Below, in pieces: positions 56,638-64,000 of a stretch of 64,000 nt of DNA. Within the stretch, counting starts at the first letter, position 1; every line of letters begins with the position of its first letter. The notes under the pieces are model-generated. The model searched no databases, was not told where the DNA came from, and saw only the letters and a list, made by a program, of their open reading frames with translations. Source of the stretch: an uncultured Actinomycetota bacterium (GTDB lineage Bacteria > Actinomycetota > Actinomycetes > Propionibacteriales > Nocardioidaceae); contig CAWCGW010000007.1 of NCBI GenBank assembly GCA_963795215.1, forward strand, positions 639,745 through 703,744, written 5' to 3'. The position numbers and the translations under genes were made by a program.

Positions 56638-58197
56638 GTGAGCCACGCCGTCGACCAGATACCCGCCCAGGTCACCCCACCCCAGTTCGCGCTGAGTCCC
56701 GACCGACCCCACGCCGTGCCCGGGGTGGAGGTCGTCGCGGTCGCCCTCGCTCCGGGGGGCGGCGAGGGGGAGCACACCGACGGCGTCGTGCTCGGTCCCG
56801 GCGCGGAGGAGCTGGCCGCGGCCGTCGGGACCGACCTGCTCGAGGCAGCCGTGATCCAGGGCGCCACCGGCCGTACCGGCGAGGTCACGGCCCTCCCGGT
56901 GCCGCTCGGGACCGCGGACAACCCGGCGTTGCGGCTGGTGCTGCTCGTCGGGGTCGGTGCCCAGACCGAGCGGGACCTGCGGCGCGCCGGCGCGGCGCTG
57001 GCTCGGGCGGTCCACGACCGCGACGGCCTCGCCACGTCGGTGGCCGCCGGCAGTGACCTCGAGGGGCTGACCACGTTCGTGGTCGGCATGACGCTGGGGT
57101 CCTTCGGGTTCCACCTGCGCTCCACGGGCCCCGAGCGGCGTCCGGTCGGGAGGGTCGTGCTCGCCGGCACCGGTGACGACGACGCCGCCACGGCCGCCGT
57201 GCGCCGCGGGGTCGCGCTCGGCGGTGCCGGCTGGCAGGCACGGATGCTGGCGACGGTCCCCTCGAACATCAAGAACCCGCCGTGGCTGGCCGAGCAGGCG
57301 GAGCGGCTCGCCGCCGACTCCGGCCTCGAGGTGACGGTCTGGGACGAGCAGCGACTGGCGAAGGACGGCTTCGGCGGCATCCTCGGCGTGGGCCAGGCCT
57401 CGGCGACGCCGCCGCGGCTGATCCGGCTCGACTACGTCCCGCCGAAGGGTCGTCGAGCCCCGCGCGTGGTGCTGGTCGGCAAGGGCATCACCTTCGACAC
57501 CGGTGGCCTCTCGATCAAGCCGGCCGAGGCGATGACCACCATGAAGCGCGACATGACCGGCGGCGCCGTCGTGATGGCCGTGATGGGGGCCCTGCGCGAG
57601 CTCGGCTGCCCGGTGCGGGTGACCGGTCTCGTGGCGGCCGCCGAGAACGCCGTGAGTGGCAACGCGCTGCGCCCCGGCGACGTGCTGCGCCACTACGGCG
57701 GCCGCACCACCGAGGTCACCAACACCGACGCCGAGGGCCGGCTGGTCCTCGCCGACGCCCTGGCCTACGCCGTGGCGGAGCTCGACCCCGTGGTCGTCGT
57801 CGACATCGCGACCCTGACCGGTGCGATGAAGGTCGCGCTGGGCCAGCACACGGGCGGTTACTTCGCCAACCACGACGCGCTCGCCTCGGCGCTGCGCGAG
57901 GCCGGTGCCGCCGCCGACGAGCCGTTGTGGCGGATGCCGCTGGTGTCCGACTACGAGCACTACCTCGACTCCTCCGTCGCCGACGCCGACAACGCCCCGC
58001 GTCACGCGGGCGCCATCTCGGCCGCCCTGTTCCTGCAGCACTTCGTCGGGTCCACGCCGTGGGCCCACCTCGACATCGCCTCCGTCGGCGACGCCCCCGA
58101 GGACCGGCACGAGTGGACGAAGGGGCCGACCGGCTTCGGCGTCCGGCTGCTGCTGCGCTGGCTCACCGGGCCGCAGCCCGTGGACGGGATCGCCTGA
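56638..58197 (+). CDS. Leucyl aminopeptidase (M17)
   Basis: VGKGITFDTGG, MKRDMTG, NTDAEGRL. Confidence 0.93.
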   Translation: MSHAVDQIPAQVTPPQFALSPDRPHAVPGVEVVAVALAPGGGEGEHTDGVVLGPGAEELAAAVGTDLLEAAVIQGATGRTGEVTALPVPLGTADNPALRLVLLVGVGAQTERDLRRAGAALARAVHDRDGLATSVAAGSDLEGLTTFVVGMTLGSFGFHLRSTGPERRPVGRVVLAGTGDDDAATAAVRRGVALGGAGWQARMLATVPSNIKNPPWLAEQAERLAADSGLEVTVWDEQRLAKDGFGGILGVGQASATPPRLIRLDYVPPKGRRAPRVVLVGKGITFDTGGLSIKPAEAMTTMKRDMTGGAVVMAVMGALRELGCPVRVTGLVAAAENAVSGNALRPGDVLRHYGGRTTEVTNTDAEGRLVLADALAYAVAELDPVVVVDIATLTGAMKVALGQHTGGYFANHDALASALREAGAAADEPLWRMPLVSDYEHYLDSSVADADNAPRHAGAISAALFLQHFVGSTPWAHLDIASVGDAPEDRHEWTKGPTGFGVRLLLRWLTGPQPVDGIA

Positions 58198-58535
58198 TGC
58201 GTGGCCTGACCGTGCGCTGGTCGCTGGAGGAGGCCCCCGAGGGGGTCGAGGAGCAGCTCGCCCAGTACGTCGAGCAGAGCTCGCACGGCCGTTTCAACGA
58301 CATGGACGGGCTGCGGTTCAAGACCTGGCGGATCCGCCCGGGCCAGTGGTTCGAGGGCTGCTACGTCTTCGCGAGCGAGGCGGACCGCGAGGAGTTCCAG
58401 CGGACGTTCAGCCAGGGTGCCGCGGAGTCCGCGGGCTCGCAGATCATCGGCAGCGCACCGATCCTCATCGAGGAGTGCGAGATCGTCGCGATCGCCGAGG
58501 GCCGCGACGGGTTCCAGTCCGCCGCGCGCTACTGA
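58197..58535 (+). CDS. Dimeric alpha-beta barrel protein (YdhR/monooxygenase-like)
   Basis: DGLRFKTW...FEGCYVF; TGATG coupling to the aminopeptidase. Confidence 0.6.
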   Translation: MRGLTVRWSLEEAPEGVEEQLAQYVEQSSHGRFNDMDGLRFKTWRIRPGQWFEGCYVFASEADREEFQRTFSQGAAESAGSQIIGSAPILIEECEIVAIAEGRDGFQSAARY

Positions 58536-58557
58536 CCCGGCTGCCCGGCGTCGGGCC

Positions 58558-59214
58558 TCAGTCGCCCGCTTCGGGGGACCAGACCTTCTTCGCGCACAGC
58601 AGGCCGTCGCCGACGGGCAGCAGCACCGAGACCAGGTCCTCGTCCGCGGCGACGCGCTTGCCGAGGTCGCGGACGGCGACGGTCTCCTCGTCGCGCTGGG
58701 CGGGGTCGGCGACCCGGTCGTGCCACAGCGCGTTGTCGAAGACCACGACACCGCCGGGGCGCAGCAGTCGCAGCGCCTCGGTGAGGTAGGCGTCGTACTC
58801 GCGCTTGTCACCGTCGCAGAAGACCAGGTCGTAGTGACCGTCGGTGAGCCGCGGCAGCACGTCGAGCGCGGCGCCGGAGATGGTGCGCGCTCGCTGCGAG
58901 GCGATGCCGGCCTCGACGAAGGACTGCTTGGCCAGCCGCTGGTGCTCGGCCTCGATGTCGACCGTGGTGAGGATGCCGTCGGCGCGCATGCCGCGCAGCA
59001 GCCACAGTCCGGAGACCCCGGTGCCGGTGCCGATCTCGACGACCGCGCGGGCCTCCAGCACGGAGGCGAGGAGCTGCAGGGCGGCGCCACCGCCCTGGCC
59101 GATCGGCGCCACACCGACCTCCTCGGCGCGGGCACGCGCGGCGGCGAGCACCTCGTCCTCGGCCACGAACGACTCGGCGTAGGACCAGCTGGCGGGCGTG
59201 ATCGAGCTGCTGAT
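58558..59214 (-). CDS. O-methyltransferase (Rv1220c-like); start uncertain, possibly ATC at 59214
   Basis: [25 protein letters not shown]; AGGAGG lies 6 nt before ATC 59214. Confidence 0.85.
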   Translation of the reverse strand: MSSSITPASWSYAESFVAEDEVLAAARARAEEVGVAPIGQGGGAALQLLASVLEARAVVEIGTGTGVSGLWLLRGMRADGILTTVDIEAEHQRLAKQSFVEAGIASQRARTISGAALDVLPRLTDGHYDLVFCDGDKREYDAYLTEALRLLRPGGVVVFDNALWHDRVADPAQRDEETVAVRDLGKRVAADEDLVSVLLPVGDGLLCAKKVWSPEAGD

Positions 59215-59292
59215 GGTGGGCCTCCTGGGTCCGGCCGCCGGCGCGGCACTGACAAGCGTGCCGACCCTATCGCGTGGCACCGGCCCGGCACG

Positions 59293-59319
59293 GGAACACC
59301 GGCGCCGGGCGGCTCGTTG
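59293..59319 (+). promoter_or_regulatory. ECF (SigE/SigH-type) promoter upstream of sigE
   Basis: GGAAC (59293-59297), 17 nt, CGTTG (59315-59319). Confidence 0.75.
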
Positions 59320-59428
59320 GGGAGATCGAGGGGCTGCTCACAGGTTCCTCTCAGCCCCGACGCCTAGCGTGTCACTCATCGGAGGAAGGTCCCCGCTGTT
59401 CTCCAAGCGCACCCGTCAGGAGCCCGCG

Positions 59429-60010
59429 ATGAGCGACGTGCAGTCCCCGCAGGCGGTTCCGTCGTGGGAGGAGATCGTGGAGCGGCACTCCGACCGCGTC
59501 TACCGACTGGCCTACCGCCTCACCGGTGACCGCCACGACGCCGAGGACCTCACCCAGGAGGTCTTCGTCCGGGTCTTCCGCCGCCTCGACACCTACACCC
59601 CCGGCACCTTCGAGGGCTGGCTCCACCGGATCACGACCAACCTGTTCCTCGACCAGGCCCGCCGCAAGCAGCGGATCCGCTTCGACGCCCTCTCCGACGA
59701 GCGCGCCGGCACCCTGCGCAGCAACGGTCCCGCGCCCGACGTGGCGCTGGACGACCGGCTCTTCGACGACGACGTCGAGGCCGCCCTCGCCTCGCTGCCC
59801 CCGGACTTCCGCGCCGCCGTCGTGCTCTGCGACGTGGAGGGCCTCTCCTACGACGAGATCGCCGACATCCTCGGCGCCAAGCTCGGCACCGTCCGCTCGC
59901 GGATCCACCGCGGCCGCGCCATGCTGCGCCGGGCGCTGGCCCACCGAGCCCCGGTCGAGGGCCGGGTCCGCTACTCCGGGCCGGTGATGGTCCCCGAGGG
60001 CGTGTCGTGA
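59429..60010 (+). CDS. sigE: ECF sigma factor SigE
   Basis: [59 protein letters not shown]. Confidence 0.92.
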   Translation: MSDVQSPQAVPSWEEIVERHSDRVYRLAYRLTGDRHDAEDLTQEVFVRVFRRLDTYTPGTFEGWLHRITTNLFLDQARRKQRIRFDALSDERAGTLRSNGPAPDVALDDRLFDDDVEAALASLPPDFRAAVVLCDVEGLSYDEIADILGAKLGTVRSRIHRGRAMLRRALAHRAPVEGRVRYSGPVMVPEGVS

Positions 60011-60474
60011 TGGGACACCTCGGCACCCGCGTCAGCGCCCTGCTCGACGGCCAGCTGCCCCCGGCGGAGGCCGACCGCGCCTGGGCCCACGTCCACGGCT
60101 GCCACGTGTGCCGCGACCTCGTGGAACGCGAGGGCTGGGTCAAGACCCGGCTCTCCGGCCTGGCCGTCACCCCGAGCGCCCCGACCGGTGCCCCGGACCA
60201 CCTCAAGGGTTCGCTGCGGTGCGGCGCCCCGCTCGCGGCCGAGCCCGCCGAGGAGGAGCGTCTGCGTCGCACCGCGGTCGTGCTGCTCGGCGGCTCGGCC
60301 GCCGGCGTTGCCGTCGTGGGGGTGCTGGCCCTCGGGCTCGGCCAGCCGGGCTCGCCGGCCCCCGAGCGCCGCGCCCCGGTGACCGAGATCGGCGGCTCCG
60401 GCACGGAGCGACCCGTCCCCGTGCTGGTCCCCGGGCGGCTGCTGCGGCAGTCGGGCCCCAGCCCGCTCCGGTAG
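60007..60474 (+). CDS. RseA-like zf-HC2 anti-sigma factor
   Basis: AHVHGCHVC motif and one TM segment; overlaps sigE. Confidence 0.85.
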   Translation: MMGHLGTRVSALLDGQLPPAEADRAWAHVHGCHVCRDLVEREGWVKTRLSGLAVTPSAPTGAPDHLKGSLRCGAPLAAEPAEEERLRRTAVVLLGGSAAGVAVVGVLALGLGQPGSPAPERRAPVTEIGGSGTERPVPVLVPGRLLRQSGPSPLR

Positions 60475-60516
60475 CACCCGCTAGGTCTGTCACCACCCTC
60501 GGGTCACAATGGGCCG

Positions 60517-61851
60517 GTGACGCACCACGAGGACGAGGGCACCGAGCCGACGCAGCCGATCCGTCCGGCGAGCCCTCCGGCTGCCCCGCCGACCCCCGGG
60601 TCCGGTCCGGGTGCGTCGTGGCTGCCGCCGGTCAACCAGCAGCCCCCGGGGCAGTGGGTCGCCCCCGAGACCCGGCCGCTGCCGCCGTACTCGGGGAGCT
60701 ATGCGCAGCCCGCGCCCCAGCCCGACCGGTCGCCACGGGCGGGACGCTCCGCCCCGGGATGGTTCTGGCCCGGTGTCGCGGCGCTGGCGCTCGTGCTCGG
60801 CGTCGTCGGCGGCGCCGTGGGCGGCGCCCTCGTCGAGTCCGTCGAGCAGGGCTCGCGTCCCGGCGCCGTCTCCAACGGGCTCGAGGGCGTCGACACCGAG
60901 AACACCGCCCCGCTGACCGCGACCAACCGCTCGGTCGTGCGGGTGGCCGACCAGCTGCTGCCGAGCACCGTCCAGATCGTGGCGGAGTTCGGCGGCCAGG
61001 CCGGTGGCGCCACCGGTTCCGGCTTCGTGCTGGACCGGCAGGGCCACATCGTGACCAACAACCACGTCGTCGCCTCGGCGGCGCAGGCCGACGGCCAGAT
61101 CGAGATCGTCGACCAGGAGGGTGAGCGCTACGCCGCCACCGTGGTCGGCCGGAGCCCGGTCTACGACCTCGCGGTCCTCTACTCCAAGGACGCCGCGGGG
61201 CTGCGGCCTGCCGCGCTCGGAGCCTCGCGGCGCCTCAGCGTCGGGGAGCCCGTGGTCGCCTTCGGCTCGCCGCTCGGGCTGAGCTCCACGGTGACCTCCG
61301 GGATCGTCAGTGCGCTCAACCGTCCGGTGACCACCGGCGACTCGGCCAACGACTCCTCCTACATCAACGCCGTGCAGACCGACGCCGCGATCAACCCCGG
61401 CAACTCCGGCGGACCGCTGGTCAACCTCAAGGGCCAGGTGGTCGGGGTCAACAGCGCGATCGCCACCACCGGCGGCAGCCTCGGCGGCGAGAGCGGCAAC
61501 ATCGGGGTCGGCTTCGCCATCCCGATCGAGCAGGTCCGGATCACCGCCGACCAGATCCTGCGCACCGGCGAGGCCCGCTACCCCGTCATCGGCGCGAAGG
61601 TGCAGACCGGTGGCGACGAGGACGGCACCGGGGCCCGGATCGACGAGGTCATGCCCGACACCCCGGCCGAGGCCAGCGGCCTGGTCACGGGCGACGTGGT
61701 CACCGCGGTCAACGGCCAGCGGGTCACCGACGGCATCGCCCTGATCGTCGCCATCCGCACCTACCAGCCCGGCGAGACCATCGAGTTCACCGTCCGTCGG
61801 GACGGCGACGTGCAGACCGTCGACGTCACGCTGGACTCCGAGATCGGCTGA
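60517..61851 (+). CDS. htrA: HtrA-family serine protease with PDZ domain
   Basis: TNNHV, DLAVL, INPGNSGGPL, C-terminal PDZ, Pro-rich N-terminus plus TM. Confidence 0.92.
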   Translation: MTHHEDEGTEPTQPIRPASPPAAPPTPGSGPGASWLPPVNQQPPGQWVAPETRPLPPYSGSYAQPAPQPDRSPRAGRSAPGWFWPGVAALALVLGVVGGAVGGALVESVEQGSRPGAVSNGLEGVDTENTAPLTATNRSVVRVADQLLPSTVQIVAEFGGQAGGATGSGFVLDRQGHIVTNNHVVASAAQADGQIEIVDQEGERYAATVVGRSPVYDLAVLYSKDAAGLRPAALGASRRLSVGEPVVAFGSPLGLSSTVTSGIVSALNRPVTTGDSANDSSYINAVQTDAAINPGNSGGPLVNLKGQVVGVNSAIATTGGSLGGESGNIGVGFAIPIEQVRITADQILRTGEARYPVIGAKVQTGGDEDGTGARIDEVMPDTPAEASGLVTGDVVTAVNGQRVTDGIALIVAIRTYQPGETIEFTVRRDGDVQTVDVTLDSEIG

Positions 61852-61863
61852 GAGCCCGCGCGC

Positions 61864-62112
61864 TCAGGCCTGCTGGTCGGAGTCGGCCTCGGAGTCGAGG
61901 AAGGGGTGGGCGTCGACGAAGGTGCGGGTCTCGGCGTACATCCGCTGGATGTAGTCCTCGAGCTGGGCGGACTCCACGCGCCACTGGCCGCGGCCGCCGA
62001 TCTTGATCGCCGGGAGGTCGCCCCGGCGGACCAGGGCGTAGACCTGCGCGCTGGAGGTGTTGAGCACCTCCGCCACGTCGGCGAGCGTGAGGAAGCGGGG
62101 CGTTCCGGCCAT
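61864..62112 (-). CDS. Excisionase/BldC-like (HTH_17) DNA-binding protein
   Basis: FLTLADVAEVLN...VRRGDLPAIKIGGRGQWRV. Confidence 0.88.
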   Translation of the reverse strand: MAGTPRFLTLADVAEVLNTSSAQVYALVRRGDLPAIKIGGRGQWRVESAQLEDYIQRMYAETRTFVDAHPFLDSEADSDQQA

Positions 62113-62213
62113 GGGGCCATCGTCGCACCCGGGCCCGACCGGTGCTCACGGCGACCCGCGGAGCTGTGGAGGAGGGGCTGGCCGGGAGCGTCGGCTCGGT
62201 CCATGATGTCGGC

Positions 62214-62861
62214 GTGAGCAGCCTCGGGGGTCTCCAGGAAACGTCAGCGCCGCCACCCGCCACCCGTGTCACCCGGCCGGGGTGGCGCGACCCGCGGCTG
62301 TGGATCGGGGTGGCCATCGTCGCGGTGTCGGTGGTCGCCGGCGCGCGGCTGCTGGCCTCCGCCGACGACTCGGTCGCCGTGTGGACCGCCGGCACCGACC
62401 TCGCCGCGGGTGCCGAGCTGTCGGGGGCGGACATCGAGGCCCGCCGCGTGCGGTTCGTCGAGGAGGCGGACCTCGACCGCTACCTCCCTGCCGACGAGGC
62501 GCTTCCGGGCGACGCCCTGCTGCTGCGGGGCGTGGGGGCGGGCGAGCTGCTCCCGCGCGCCGCCCTCGGTGACCGGGGCGACGCCGAGGTGCTCCACCTG
62601 CCGCTCGCCGTGGAGCCCACGCTGGTGCCCGACAGCGTCTCGACCGGCTCCGTGGTCAGCGTCTACGTCCGCGACACCGGCCGGTGCGCCCGGTGCGAGG
62701 GGGCGGCGCTGTCGTCGGTGACCGTGGTGGACGCGCCCTCCGTCGACGACCTGACCGGGGCCCGGCAGCTCGTGGTCGCGGTCGACCAGGCCCAGGCCGA
62801 CGCCTGGTTCGCCCTGCTCGCCGGGCTCGAGGCCCCCGTCGTCACCGTCACCGGGAGCTGA
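62214..62861 (+). CDS. SAF-domain protein (CpaB-like)
   Basis: WRDPRLWIGVAIV TM; DLAAGAELSGADI SAF region; GELLPRAAL. Confidence 0.75.
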   Translation: MSSLGGLQETSAPPPATRVTRPGWRDPRLWIGVAIVAVSVVAGARLLASADDSVAVWTAGTDLAAGAELSGADIEARRVRFVEEADLDRYLPADEALPGDALLLRGVGAGELLPRAALGDRGDAEVLHLPLAVEPTLVPDSVSTGSVVSVYVRDTGRCARCEGAALSSVTVVDAPSVDDLTGARQLVVAVDQAQADAWFALLAGLEAPVVTVTGS

Positions 62862-62863
62862 GC

Positions 62864-64000
62864 GTGGTCGTCACCCTGGTGCTCGCCGCCGGCGCGGCGT
62901 GGGAGTCGCCGGCCCTGACCCTGCTGGCCGACCGGGGCGACGTGGTCGTCCTGAAGCGCTGCGTCGACGTGCCCGACCTGCTCGCCTCCGCCGCGGCCGG
63001 ACAGGCCGAGGTCGCCGTCGTCGCGATCGACGCGCCCGGCCTGGACCGGGCCGCCGTCGACCACCTGCGCGGTCACGGCGTCCGTCCGGTCGCCGTGGTG
63101 CCCGGCGGCCCCGAGCTCGACGCCGCGGCGCTCCGCGCGACCCGGATCGGCGTCCGCGCGCTGGTGGGCGACCACGAGCTGTCCGAGCTCGGCGACCTGG
63201 TCGCCGCCGGTGAGGAGCCCGAGGACACCGAGGCGCGGCCCCCGGCCGAGGACGCCGTGCCGCCGCCGGCGGGCGGGCCGAGCCCGGTGGTGGTGGTGTG
63301 GGGTCCCGCCGGGGCCCCGGGCCGTACGACGCTCGCGGTCGGACTGGCCGCCGAGGTGGCCCGGCACCGGCGGGCCGTGCTGGTCGACGCGGACCCGTGG
63401 GGCGGCACCGTCGCCCAGCAGCTCGGCATCGTCGACGAGGTCAGCGGGGTGCTGGCCGCGACCCGGCTGGTCGCTGCGGGCCAGCTGCCCGAGCGGTTCG
63501 GCTCGGTGCAGCGCTCGCTGGACCACCGGCTCACGGTGGTGACCGGCCTGCCGCGCGCCGACCGCTGGGTGGAGGTCCGGTCCGGCGTGGTCGACCACCT
63601 GCTCGACGTCGCGCGCGGTCACGGGGTCACGGTCGTGGACACGGGGGCGAGCCTCGAGCGTGACCCGGCGCTCGACGCCGGGCGTGCCGGTCGCAACTCG
63701 ATGACCCTGGAGGCACTGGAGGCGGCCGACGAGGTCGTGGTCGTCGGCGCCGCCGACCCGGTCGGGCTCTCCCGACTGGCCCGGGGTCTGGTCGAGCTGC
63801 GCGAGACCCTCGCCGGCGTCCCGCACCGGGTGGTGGTCAACCGGATGCGTCCCACCCTGGGCTGGACCGAGCAGCAGATCGCGACCATGCTCGGCGCCCT
63901 CGCGCCGCCGGGCCGGCTGCACTTCCTGCCCGAGGACCGGGCGGCGGCCGACCGTGCCCTGGTGGCCGGTCGTTCCCTCGCGGAGGTCGGCGACTCCGCG
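62864..64000 (+). CDS. CpaE/MinD-like ATPase with N-terminal receiver-like domain, partial (runs off the right edge)
   Basis: Hand translation from GTG 62864: VWGPAGAPGRTT (deviant Walker A), LVDADPWGG, VVDTG, VVVNR; open to 64000. Confidence 0.8.
   Translation, partial: MVVTLVLAAGAAWESPALTLLADRGDVVVLKRCVDVPDLLASAAAGQAEVAVVAIDAPGLDRAAVDHLRGHGVRPVAVVPGGPELDAAALRATRIGVRALVGDHELSELGDLVAAGEEPEDTEARPPAEDAVPPPAGGPSPVVVVWGPAGAPGRTTLAVGLAAEVARHRRAVLVDADPWGGTVAQQLGIVDEVSGVLAATRLVAAGQLPERFGSVQRSLDHRLTVVTGLPRADRWVEVRSGVVDHLLDVARGHGVTVVDTGASLERDPALDAGRAGRNSMTLEALEAADEVVVVGAADPVGLSRLARGLVELRETLAGVPHRVVVNRMRPTLGWTEQQIATMLGALAPPGRLHFLPEDRAAADRALVAGRSLAEVGDSA

Noticed and set aside
61864-62112. Excisionase-like gene as evidence of a prophage
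   Set aside because: No integrase, att or phage genes; neighbours are core-like.

Overview
High-GC actinobacterial chromosome segment; gene content and order look like Nocardioides or a relative, which is inference. (1) 1-4170 is the right end of an integrative mobilizable element. It holds a MobF/TrwC relaxase-helicase running off the left edge, candidate oriT hairpins, a DUF3024-like gene and an XRE-HTH + AbiEii-family nucleotidyltransferase pair. It ends at a 19-bp copy of the ychF 3' end (GTTCCGCTTCAACGTCTGA, 4152-4170), the probable att site. (2) About 4180-34400 is an accessory tract: LysR/MDR oxidoreductase, DUF2252, msrB, gntR-acdS-AceE-like cluster, gene remnants, MscS, an ECF sigma/anti-sigma/ABC/beta-propeller module with a frameshifted last gene, and a NarL-type two-component system. 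It also has an atypical HNH protein, TetR/SMR, a hybrid kinase, and a lipoprotein subtilase with 15 tandem Trp pentapeptides directly upstream of an orphan multi-TM GAF histidine kinase. That subtilase-kinase pair is the best candidate for an undescribed system. (3) About 34460-64000 is core-like: NUDIX, mshB, VanW-like, fdxA-dapC, dapD, DrrAB-like ABC, T-box-ileS, dapE-LOG-DivIVA-domain, PaaX/crotonase, DUF3117, M17 aminopeptidase, O-methyltransferase, sigE-rseA-htrA, and SAF/CpaE-like genes. No rRNA, tRNA or CRISPR array was seen. Family assignments come from motif recognition only; no database searches were run.
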